Shown here: positions 29,360 through 38,561 of the stretch, piece after piece
Layout of the letters: each line of letters starts with the position of its first letter
Numbering within the stretch: the first letter of the stretch is position 1
NCBI GenBank assembly: GCA_964619725.1
Contig: CAZUFC010000074.1
Coordinates: forward strand, 1-41,415
From: an uncultured bacterium
GTDB lineage: Bacteria > CSSED10-310 > CAZUFC01
Direction: 5' to 3'
DNA: 41,415 nt
The notes under the pieces: generated by a model
The model's input: the letters and a program-made list of their open reading frames with translations, nothing else
Database searches by the model: none
Told to the model about the DNA's origin: nothing
Translations under genes and position numbers: made by a program

Positions 29360-31127
29360 CCTCCCTGATAAAAACGAAACGCGTAAAAAATATCTGACGC
29401 CTGCCTTTCTGCTTATAATCATGATCATCCTTGCACTCCGCCTTCCCATATCCCAGAACAGATGGATCGATGTAGACGAATTCCAGCATCTGCATTCTAC
29501 ACGATGCATCGCTGAAGGACAGATCATTTACAAAGATTTCTTCGAACATCATACCCCTCTGTTTCAGTTTACTCTTATCCCCTGCTACCTTAAATACAGA
29601 GACACTCTTGATTACCTGTTCGCCTGCAGATATCTCATGATTTTCCATACCTGCCTTATTGTTCTGATGACTTTCCTGACAGGCTTCCGCCTTTTCGGAA
29701 AAACGGTTGCTCTCGCCGGAACCGTCTTTCTTCTCCTGTTTTACGTATTCCAGATAAAAACAATAGATATCCGTCCCGATCTTCTGCTGACATCCGCATG
29801 GCTGTCCTTTCTCCTTCTGATGATGCGGAATCCTTCGAACCGTGTCAGCCCTCATAATTTCTGGCCGGGAATCTTTGCCGGTCTGGCTGTCCTGTCTTCT
29901 CCAAAAATACTGCTCTGTCTCGGAGGAATAATCCTGTTTAAACTCATTGTCTCCATTACAGGCAAATCTCCCGTCAAATTTTCAATCATTCTCTGGAACC
30001 TCCTTATTCTGAGTCTCGGTTTTCTCACAGCCCTGATGCCGGTCATTCTGTATTTTTATCTCAAAAACGGCTTATTTGAATTCATCCAAAACGCTTTGCT
30101 GCTCAACTTAGAATGGAAGCATCGATTCCTGCCGACAAGAGGGCTCCAGGCCATGTTCAGTGAGAACCCTCTGCTCACGACTCTCAGCATTCTAGGCGCC
30201 ATTGATTTTCCGATCGCTCGCATAAGGGCATACAGAAAAATAAAATCAAAAGAAAACTCCATGGCCCTTCGAAAACATACTGCCGAATATCCCCGCTCTG
30301 TTTTTTATGCGGGATTCCTGCTGGCCGTTTCTACTCTCTTCCTCATGCCTGAACCCTATCGGCAAACGTATCTTCTCTTCCTGCCCCTGATATCTTTACT
30401 CGCAGCCCGATTCGTTTTTGTCCGCATACTTTCCCAAAATACTGCTGAATCCCTTAAAACCAATCATCTCGCTCGACAATTGAATTTTTCTCTCCTCTAT
30501 CCGATAATTGCTCTTGCTTTGTACGTCTTACTCCCCTATAATCGGTTGTTGGATTTTGCGCCTGGGGGGCTAAAGAAATCCTTCTTCTTTCCGATTATAT
30601 GGTTGATTGGTTTCTCTTTTACATCACTCATTTATAAACTTCGTTTTCGTTCCGTCGCGCTTCTGACTTTTGTCATTACTCTTTCGGTTTTCCCTCTCAG
30701 TCAATACGCAAAATTACTGGACCTTTCAAATTTATCTCAATGTATCGCTGTCAAATTCACGCTGAATCATACGGAGGCAGACGACATCGTGGCTGACGGC
30801 TGGAGCGGATACGGGTTCTTGAGGAACCATGCTTATTTTTACTTTTTTCTCCATCGGGGCATAGCTGAACTACTGACTGAAAAACAAAAAAGCGACCTGG
30901 TCGTGAAAGCCTTTGAAGAAAAAAATCCTGAATTGATTATCTACGATCACCACATCAGATACCTTTCTCCCAAGGTCAGGAGTTTTGTTGAAAAACATTA
31001 CTCCTGGTCAGGTTACAAGAATTTTTATCTTTTTGATCCCCATCGCCGTAAATACGACTTCAAAACCATTCCGTCTCCGACACGTAAAAACTTCGAAAAA
31101 ATGGTGATCCAGCCATTCAAGGAATAA
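29346..31127 (+). CDS. GT-C fold integral membrane glycosyltransferase (PMT_2/ArnT-like)
   Basis: DE motif after TM1 (DVDEFQH), YKDFFEHHTPL, RPD, many TM helices; overlaps btuD by 14 bp. Confidence 0.7.
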   Translation: MNTIDLPDKNETRKKYLTPAFLLIIMIILALRLPISQNRWIDVDEFQHLHSTRCIAEGQIIYKDFFEHHTPLFQFTLIPCYLKYRDTLDYLFACRYLMIFHTCLIVLMTFLTGFRLFGKTVALAGTVFLLLFYVFQIKTIDIRPDLLLTSAWLSFLLLMMRNPSNRVSPHNFWPGIFAGLAVLSSPKILLCLGGIILFKLIVSITGKSPVKFSIILWNLLILSLGFLTALMPVILYFYLKNGLFEFIQNALLLNLEWKHRFLPTRGLQAMFSENPLLTTLSILGAIDFPIARIRAYRKIKSKENSMALRKHTAEYPRSVFYAGFLLAVSTLFLMPEPYRQTYLLFLPLISLLAARFVFVRILSQNTAESLKTNHLARQLNFSLLYPIIALALYVLLPYNRLLDFAPGGLKKSFFFPIIWLIGFSFTSLIYKLRFRSVALLTFVITLSVFPLSQYAKLLDLSNLSQCIAVKFTLNHTEADDIVADGWSGYGFLRNHAYFYFFLHRGIAELLTEKQKSDLVVKAFEEKNPELIIYDHHIRYLSPKVRSFVEKHYSWSGYKNFYLFDPHRRKYDFKTIPSPTRKNFEKMVIQPFKE

Positions 31128-31131
31128 CGGG

Positions 31132-34083
31132 ATGCAAGCATATCCGACTCCTGAAAAGCAATCGACCACGAAACAACCGGGCGCCGGCGGCAAAAAATTT
31201 CATGAATTTTTTAAATCGAAAAACGGACGTACGATCGTTCTGCTTCTTATCCTGGCGGCGGCGGCAGCCCTGAGATATTATAAATTAGTTCATTATGAAA
31301 TCTGGTTCGATGAATCCTGCATGGTTTTGATCGCTCGCTCTGATTTATCGGAAATCCTGAACGGAAAAGCCCTTGATGTTTATCCGCCCCTTTATTTCCT
31401 GCTCCTCCATTTCCTCCTTAAAGTCGCCGATCCGCTTCTGATGCTTAGATTACCCTCCATGCTCAGCGGAACTTTCAGCCTGCTGTTTATCTTCCTGATC
31501 GCCAGAAAGCTTTTCAATACGCGCATAGCTTACTTCGCTATCGCAATGTCAATACTAAATCCCTTCCAGTTTTACTATGCCAGAGAAGGAAAAATCTATG
31601 CTCTCCTGACCTTCATGTGTCTCATTTATGTATATCTCTTTCTGAAATTAAAAGAATCTCCAGATGATAAAAAAACCTGGACCCTCTTCACCGTCACTTT
31701 CATTATTCTTCCCTATATGCATTACATCGCCGCCTCCATTCCCCTGGCCGCCTTCATTTACATCCTCGTCAATCCTCGTCTCCCTGAAAAATTCAAACGC
31801 CGCTTCTTTCTCAGCGCCCTTGCCGCAGTTATCGCATTCCTTCCCTGGATCAGAATTCTAATCATAAAAATAAATCAGACTCTGGCATCCGAAAATATAA
31901 CCTTTATTCCGCCGTTGAGCCTCAAACGGATCGTTTCGCTGTTTTACGTTTTCGCATCGGGTTTTAATTCCCCGCTGATTGCGGATTATGTCGTCTCGAT
32001 TCTCACGTTCATTTTTTTCCTTAAAGGCTTGTCCGCTTTTCGCAGATATCCGAAAAAAACTCTATTCATCTTTTTACTGTTTATCGTGCCGCCATTGCTT
32101 ATAACCATTTTTTCGATTTTTCTGCCGATGTTCATGGAAAGGTACGTCATTTACAGCGGCATTTTTTATATTATTCTGTCGGCATACGGCGTTGCATCGC
32201 TGCGGAGCAGGGTAATGAGGATAGGAATAATCAGCGTTTTCGTGGTTTTGAATGCTCTGGCGGTCAGCAATACTTATCAAAACAAGATGCCTTATCAGGC
32301 GCGCAATCCGAGCAAATTTTTTCCTGCGACGCCGCGGCGGCCATTTCGAAACATATGCGGATTTATAAACGAGTCGTACCGGGAGGGTGACGCAGTTCTG
32401 CATTTTTTACCGCAAACGAGTCTGCCCTGCCGCTTTTATCTTAAAGAAAATATACCCTCTTATCCGACGACTCTTCATCCCGATCTGATAGCCTATGAAG
32501 GATTTAAAGACCTGGGCGAAAAAATAGGAGACTATCCTGTTCCTTTATGGGAAATATTCCCTGATTATGAAAGGTTCTGGTTGATCGAATCGTACTGGGG
32601 CGTCGCCCCGGACAAGACGGTTCCCGCATGTGAGATAAATCAGTGGCTTTCTTCCCACTGCGTATTGCTGGATGAAAAGAGATTGTGGGACATAGATTTG
32701 CGGCTATATGAAAAACATCCGGTGTTCGAGGGAGCGGACAAAACGAAGGTATTGGCGGATAAGGGGGCTTTGAAATTGATAGAACTGGAAGAACCTTTAA
32801 CCGGCCAAGAGGATAAAATTTTTCGTTACAGGACGCTTCCAACCGTTCACGATGAACTTCTGGAAAATATAATGAGCATCGAGACGCTCCGTCATGATAA
32901 TGATCGTTTTTCATTTCGAGTGACTAATGTTTCGGATAAAATCATCGATTATTCGGAAACCTGGAAGTGGATCAGCGGAATACTCGAAGCGGAAAGCATG
33001 AATATATATCCGTCAAAGGTTTTAACCTGGTGGATACCTATCTGGCGACGCCCTTCCATTCCGTCGTGGGGAAATACGGTTATGCTTTCGCAAGAAATCC
33101 AGCGTTTAAAAAATGAACCAAACAGAAAGCTGGAGTTCGATCTGAGAACAAAACCCGGAAATTATGCTCTATTCGTCAGAATGCCGTTCTGGAACGTATC
33201 TTCCAAAGAAACCCGTGCTGCCGTATCTTTCTTCCTAAATGACGAAAAACTGACTCATTTCGTGCCCGTAGGATACGGCCCTTATACCTCTATGGAAACC
33301 GTCCATCTGGGTAATTTTCACTCCGACGGAAACCCTCAAAAACTCTCAATCCTCGGCGCCGGAAACGAAGATCAAAAAGTCGCCTGGCTTGACATCGACC
33401 GTTTCTTTTTCGTTAATCTGGAAAACTGCACTTTTCTCGATTGTGAAAACGCCGAACAGCTCGGAACATATGCTCACTGGTTCCTTAATAATTCCGCCAT
33501 AGAATCTCCGCATCTCAACAAATCTGTTATGACGGTCGAGACGCCTCCCCAAAGTTTTTCAAATACTCTGAGCCTGAAAATCGACCCGTCGGCTGAGCCG
33601 CGTGAGTTATGGGCCAGAATGCCGGGACTGGGCCATTACGCACCTGGTTTGCGGGCGGAAATACATATCTCAGTCACTGATCAAAAAGAAATAAAAATCG
33701 TTCAGGGGATGAGTTCAGGCATTCATCGTTCGGGCTTTATCCGGCTGGCGCGTCTTTATGCTGGTCGCTCCTATTCCGTCGACATCAAAGCCTATAATCC
33801 CTACGAACAAAAAAATGCCTTCGCTGATGCCGATTTTCTGCTCCTCACGCCCGTTTTTCTCAATGAACAGGAACAACTCAGCGTCATTTATGCCGACTGC
33901 TTTTCCACCTTCAACCTGAATCGGTCAGTTTTAAAACCGCAGGAATTTAAAGAATTTTCAGTCGCCTTGTCGAATATCCGTCCCCATGCCTCAAATAAAA
34001 ATGATCTGCTGCGCATCGATTGGGAAGAATTCGGCACTAAAACGGATTACTGCCTCCAGTTTCCCGTTACGAGTCAACCATGA
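31132..34083 (+). CDS. GT39/PMT_2-like glycosyltransferase with a large extracytoplasmic C-terminal extension
   Basis: IWFDE, DVYPPLYF, LRLPS, YYAREGKIY and ERY motifs; about 11 TM helices; two similar C-terminal beta-sandwich modules. Confidence 0.8.
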   Translation: MQAYPTPEKQSTTKQPGAGGKKFHEFFKSKNGRTIVLLLILAAAAALRYYKLVHYEIWFDESCMVLIARSDLSEILNGKALDVYPPLYFLLLHFLLKVADPLLMLRLPSMLSGTFSLLFIFLIARKLFNTRIAYFAIAMSILNPFQFYYAREGKIYALLTFMCLIYVYLFLKLKESPDDKKTWTLFTVTFIILPYMHYIAASIPLAAFIYILVNPRLPEKFKRRFFLSALAAVIAFLPWIRILIIKINQTLASENITFIPPLSLKRIVSLFYVFASGFNSPLIADYVVSILTFIFFLKGLSAFRRYPKKTLFIFLLFIVPPLLITIFSIFLPMFMERYVIYSGIFYIILSAYGVASLRSRVMRIGIISVFVVLNALAVSNTYQNKMPYQARNPSKFFPATPRRPFRNICGFINESYREGDAVLHFLPQTSLPCRFYLKENIPSYPTTLHPDLIAYEGFKDLGEKIGDYPVPLWEIFPDYERFWLIESYWGVAPDKTVPACEINQWLSSHCVLLDEKRLWDIDLRLYEKHPVFEGADKTKVLADKGALKLIELEEPLTGQEDKIFRYRTLPTVHDELLENIMSIETLRHDNDRFSFRVTNVSDKIIDYSETWKWISGILEAESMNIYPSKVLTWWIPIWRRPSIPSWGNTVMLSQEIQRLKNEPNRKLEFDLRTKPGNYALFVRMPFWNVSSKETRAAVSFFLNDEKLTHFVPVGYGPYTSMETVHLGNFHSDGNPQKLSILGAGNEDQKVAWLDIDRFFFVNLENCTFLDCENAEQLGTYAHWFLNNSAIESPHLNKSVMTVETPPQSFSNTLSLKIDPSAEPRELWARMPGLGHYAPGLRAEIHISVTDQKEIKIVQGMSSGIHRSGFIRLARLYAGRSYSVDIKAYNPYEQKNAFADADFLLLTPVFLNEQEQLSVIYADCFSTFNLNRSVLKPQEFKEFSVALSNIRPHASNKNDLLRIDWEEFGTKTDYCLQFPVTSQP

Positions 34084-36551
34084 AAAAAATCATTAACACC
34101 TTTATATTTCTTTCAATATTCGGCATCTATTTGAAAACGCTCTGCCCCACAGTATATGTGGGAGACAGCGGAGAAATAACAGCGGCATCTCATCTCCTCG
34201 GCATTCCTCATCCCACCGGCTACCCCTTCTTCCTTCTCATCGCCAAATCCTTCTCCCTGACCATACCCGTCAGCGCCGTCCACTGCCGCCTTAATATCCT
34301 GTCAGCCTTGTTCAGCTCACTCGCCATCGCCTGCCTGTTTCTCTTCCTGGTAAAATTAAAGAATTCTTCCCTGGCGGGTTGGATCGCTGCAGTCTCCATG
34401 GCCCTCTCGGCCACCTCCTGGCAAAACAACATCATCGCCGAAGTATACTCACTGAATATTTTTTTTATGAGCGCCTTTCTATTAACCCTGCAACGCTTTC
34501 TCAACCAAAAAAATTGCCGGAACTTATGCCTGACCTTCTTGACCGCAGGTTTCGGAATGCTCCATCATGGCACATTCGTTCTCTTTTCTGCACCCTTCCT
34601 GGCTCTCCTCATCCTTTACCAAATTCGTTCCCCTCGTTTTCAAAAACGACTGGTCGTCGCTTCCCTCTTTTTCGTTCTGAGCTGCTCACTGATATTGTAT
34701 CTCCCCATCCGATCCGATGCAGAACCCTGGATAAACTGGGAAAATACAAATAATCTCGACGGATTGGTCAATCATCTTACAGGAAAAGAATTCCATGAGG
34801 ACATGATCGTCTTTGATATGCCGGAAGTCCGTATGCGTCTCAAACAGCTCACGGCAGACATTGGTCATGAATTTTATTTCCCTTTAATCCTCTGCGCCTT
34901 TATCGGAATGCCGGTTATGATTCGCCGGAACCTCTTGTACGGACTGTCTCTCCTCCTTACCGTTTCTATCAGCATTCTCTTCTGCCTTACCTATCAAATT
35001 CCCGATATTCAGCCCTACTTCCTGACCCTGTGGTTCGTAGGCGCCGTATGGATCGGCGTCGGCTCTGACTTCATACTCAAATTCCTGAAAAACAATTGCC
35101 GGATGATCTGCTTCGCCTCACTCGCCGTCACTCTGCTCCTGCTCTCCTCCTTACAACCGCTCGTCAAACACTACTCGAATTGCGACTTCTCCGAAGTCTT
35201 CATCGGACGCAGCTTCGGCATCGATATCCTTAACACTCTTGAATATGACTCACAGGTCAGAACCAGAGGCTGGACCGCCCCTTTCGTTCTACTCAGCCTT
35301 CTGGCTGTCGAAAAAAGAAGACCTGACATCGCTCTAGTCACCCCGTTGCTCGATCACTTCTCTTTTCCGCTGCAATCAAACCAGATCGTCTACCACGTCT
35401 CGGCTGCCGATCGACGTCCACCCTTCGGCATGATCCTCCGTCAGGTCGGCATCTGCCTGAGAGAAGTTTATCCCGATGAAAGAATTATTCCGCGACCATG
35501 GTTCGAATCCATATACCGGGTCGTTCCCGAAATCGCTGAAAATTCACCGGACAACTTCCTTATCGATGCCGTGGTCGCTCAATATTACTACCGCCGCGCT
35601 GAAGATCAATTCGTCAAAGGAAATATCGAAAGTACTCTAAGGGACCTTAAATCCGCCGAATCCATCGCCAAAAACAATGCCCGTATATTGAATAATCTCG
35701 GTCAAATATGCCACCGAATCGGACTCAAACATAAAGCCGTCTATTACTTCAGAAAAGCCTCACAATTCAGCCCCGATCTCCCCAAAATCTGGAATAACCT
35801 CGCCGTCGCTCTTCTCCAAATGGAAAAAAATCAGGATGCTTACCAGGCTTTCAACGCCGGCATTAAATACGGAATGCCTCCCGATGCCGTCCATGAAAAC
35901 GCCGGCGACGTCTTCTTCGAAAAAGGCCACTTCGAAGCCGCTTCAAGAGAATACTTTCAGATCAGGGAAGTTAAACCCCAAAACGCAGAAGCCTTCCTTA
36001 AACTCGGTCTCTCGCTTAAAAATAGGGGCTTGACAGAAGATGCCATCATTCAATTTCAAAAATCACTCGCCGCCAATGACTCCTTCCCGGAAGCTCACCT
36101 CGAACTCGGAAAACTCTACCTCCAAAAAAACTCCTTCCAAAACGCACTCTACCACTTCCAACGCGCCATCGAGCTCAGACCTCACAGCGCCGCTATGCAT
36201 AACCTCCTCGGTAACGCCTGGTACAAATATCAAAACTTTGAACTCGCCGAAAAATATTACAAAAACGCCATCCATATCTCACCCAGAATCGAATTCTACA
36301 ATAACCTCGGCGCACTCTTTATCCAAACAGAACGATACGGACAAGCCGTCGATCTCTACCTCAATATCCTCCAGCGCGATCCTTCCTTCATCACCGCTTA
36401 CAATAACCTCGGCACCGCCTACTACTACCTGCAGAAGATCAAAAAAGCCGCCGAAATGTGGGAAAAATCTTTGCTTTTGGCTCCGGAACAAAATACAATT
36501 AAAAAGTATTTAATCGAATTGAAAACAAATTTGCCGAAGGAGGCGAAATAA
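34080..36551 (+). CDS. DUF2723/TMEM260-like protein O-mannosyltransferase-family protein with a C-terminal TPR array
   Basis: TLCPTVYVGDSGE, GIPHPTGYP, AEVYSL and YLPIRS motifs; repeated NNLG/NLLG TPR motifs; ATGA overlap with the upstream gene. Confidence 0.85.
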   Translation: MKKIINTFIFLSIFGIYLKTLCPTVYVGDSGEITAASHLLGIPHPTGYPFFLLIAKSFSLTIPVSAVHCRLNILSALFSSLAIACLFLFLVKLKNSSLAGWIAAVSMALSATSWQNNIIAEVYSLNIFFMSAFLLTLQRFLNQKNCRNLCLTFLTAGFGMLHHGTFVLFSAPFLALLILYQIRSPRFQKRLVVASLFFVLSCSLILYLPIRSDAEPWINWENTNNLDGLVNHLTGKEFHEDMIVFDMPEVRMRLKQLTADIGHEFYFPLILCAFIGMPVMIRRNLLYGLSLLLTVSISILFCLTYQIPDIQPYFLTLWFVGAVWIGVGSDFILKFLKNNCRMICFASLAVTLLLLSSLQPLVKHYSNCDFSEVFIGRSFGIDILNTLEYDSQVRTRGWTAPFVLLSLLAVEKRRPDIALVTPLLDHFSFPLQSNQIVYHVSAADRRPPFGMILRQVGICLREVYPDERIIPRPWFESIYRVVPEIAENSPDNFLIDAVVAQYYYRRAEDQFVKGNIESTLRDLKSAESIAKNNARILNNLGQICHRIGLKHKAVYYFRKASQFSPDLPKIWNNLAVALLQMEKNQDAYQAFNAGIKYGMPPDAVHENAGDVFFEKGHFEAASREYFQIREVKPQNAEAFLKLGLSLKNRGLTEDAIIQFQKSLAANDSFPEAHLELGKLYLQKNSFQNALYHFQRAIELRPHSAAMHNLLGNAWYKYQNFELAEKYYKNAIHISPRIEFYNNLGALFIQTERYGQAVDLYLNILQRDPSFITAYNNLGTAYYYLQKIKKAAEMWEKSLLLAPEQNTIKKYLIELKTNLPKEAK

Positions 36552-36828
36552 TTTTTTTTGATTTTTTCGAAAACCAAAAAACGTTACACGACAGGGAATT
36601 AAAGGCGCAATTATTCCGATTTTTACTGTTTTTACCGAAATTACCAAAAAAAGTGAATAATTCGCCTTGACATTCCGGGCAAAAAATATTAGAACGAAAA
36701 TGAGGATTTAAGGGTTTCCTCAAAGGATTCTATTAGGGTAAGGGTCAAAAGAGAAAGTTTCATATCACGAAAGAGGAAAGGAGCGACGTTTCCTCGAAGC
36801 TGCAGAATAAAGGGTAAGGGTTAGAACT

Positions 36829-37758
36829 ATGAAAAGACGAAAGACGACAATATTCTTGTATGCGTTATGGATTTCACTGGCAATGAGCGTTACGACGGTA
36901 AAGGCGGGACATTTCCAACCGGAGCCTCAGATATTAACGGTGGAGACTGAGATGTTGTCACCGGTAAGGCCATTGGCTTTAGAACCGGACCGCGGCTTGG
37001 ATTCTGCTGTCATGTATGCATCTCGATTGATGACGGCCCGGAGTTTCGGCATGATGGAGCTGGAGCCGGAGGTATCGAATTATCCCACCTGGACGCCGAC
37101 TCAGGAACCCACATTCACTCCAACGCCGCCGTCTCCGACGCCGACGCCTCAGCTTAAGCCTGACGCGCCGATACTGGCGGAAGAACCGGGTTGTTCACCG
37201 GGTTTAACGAACGAAATTTTCTGGAGTGATCCGTCAGTGATGCCGGCTGACGAGTATTGGGCGATGTGTGCATTGGATCCTGAATTTGAAGACATAGTAC
37301 AGGAAAGTGATTGGATTGACGACCTGAATTATGAATTCACGGGATTGGAACATAACGAGGTATATTATTACAGCGTTCAGTCCAGGTATCTGGGAGGCGA
37401 AGAGAGCGACTGGTCGAACACTGTATGGTCAAGGCAGGATGCTGAACCGCCGATAGTATGGATCGGAGGATTCTGGGATACTTATCTGGAATACGACAAC
37501 TATTCGATGTTGACGGTGATGGCGTTTGTACCCGAAGAACCGGTGACGATCGAGATTCTTTTCGACGGCGTACATACAGGATTGTTCCTTAAAGACAACG
37601 GCGAAGACGGCGACGAAAGAGCGGGTGACGGGTTCTATACGCATCGAAGCATGTTCTTTGTTTCGCTGGAACCTGAGGATTTACCCGTATCGCTGGAAAT
37701 AAAGGATTGCGCGGGAAATCATTCAACAATGCCGTGGCCTGATTTGTGGGTTTACTGA
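36829..37758 (+). CDS. Secreted protein with a P/T linker, an FN3-like domain and an acidic C-terminal module
   Basis: Signal peptide; PTWTPTQEPTFTPTPPSPTPTP; FTGLEHNEVYYYSV..ESDWS (FN3-like); LKDNGEDGDERAGDGFYT (choice-of-anchor X-like). Confidence 0.8.
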   Translation: MKRRKTTIFLYALWISLAMSVTTVKAGHFQPEPQILTVETEMLSPVRPLALEPDRGLDSAVMYASRLMTARSFGMMELEPEVSNYPTWTPTQEPTFTPTPPSPTPTPQLKPDAPILAEEPGCSPGLTNEIFWSDPSVMPADEYWAMCALDPEFEDIVQESDWIDDLNYEFTGLEHNEVYYYSVQSRYLGGEESDWSNTVWSRQDAEPPIVWIGGFWDTYLEYDNYSMLTVMAFVPEEPVTIEILFDGVHTGLFLKDNGEDGDERAGDGFYTHRSMFFVSLEPEDLPVSLEIKDCAGNHSTMPWPDLWVY

Positions 37759-37801
37759 TCAGCCGATCGATCCGAACTGCAAATAGCGACTGTATATTAA
37801 T

Positions 37802-37844
37802 CGACGGCTTCCTGGTCGCCCGGCCCGGAAGCCGTCGGTTTTTT
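37802..37844 (+). terminator. Intrinsic terminator
   Basis: CGACGGCTTCC pairs with GGAAGCCGTCG (11 bp), followed by GTTTTTT, between convergent genes. Confidence 0.75.
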
Positions 37845-37892
37845 CCCATTAAGGACTTGTGAAATGCTGAATAAAGAAAACGCGAAACAGGC

Positions 37893-38561
37893 TCAGGCCT
37901 CGTCGGTTTTCATGTCCCCCGGTCGCCTGCCGTTTTGATAGTCGACGTCCGAAGAAAAGGGCATGGGAGAAAATCTCCGTTGAAATATCGTCTGCAAATC
38001 GCCCTCTATTAGCTTCGGACATTGCTTCGCCGCTTCGCTGATATGTTCCATGGCATCCGCGTAACTTTTCTGCTTGTAAAGCAATCGCGCCAGATTAAAA
38101 CGAATCGGCACGGCATCCTTCACCTTAATAGCTTTCAAATATTGCGAAGTCGCTTCGTTATTCTTGCCAAGCGATTCATAACAAAGCGCCAGATTAAAAC
38201 GTATTTTTCCGGAATCGCCGTAAAAAAGCGCTTTCTTGTAATAATTCACGGCATCATTAAAATAATTTTTCCTCTGCAATTCATATGCTTTTTTGGACCA
38301 GTCATCCGCCTTTATACGTAAGCTCTCATAATCAAAAAATTCGTCGAAATATCCACGGTCCGTCAGCAAAATCAGTTCTGTCAAAACGTTTTTCAGTTCC
38401 TGCCTGCTCTCGCACTCCATCTCGATCGTCATCCTGTTACCGTTGAATCTAAGTTTCCCGCCGTCGAAACGGATGGTTTTCTCATTTTCGGAATTCTTCA
38501 CTCCCGTCCGCTTAAAAATAGCGTCGATACCTTTGCCCAACACATCCTCTTCATTCTTCAA
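37893..38561 (-). CDS. TPR protein with an N-terminal ParB-like LGKGIDAIF motif
   Basis: The probable start is the TTG at 38561, 9 nt after AGGGAGG and overlapping the parA stop. About three TPRs (FNLALCY, FNLARLL). Confidence 0.75.
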   Translation of the reverse strand: MKNEEDVLGKGIDAIFKRTGVKNSENEKTIRFDGGKLRFNGNRMTIEMECESRQELKNVLTELILLTDRGYFDEFFDYESLRIKADDWSKKAYELQRKNYFNDAVNYYKKALFYGDSGKIRFNLALCYESLGKNNEATSQYLKAIKVKDAVPIRFNLARLLYKQKSYADAMEHISEAAKQCPKLIEGDLQTIFQRRFSPMPFSSDVDYQNGRRPGDMKTDEA

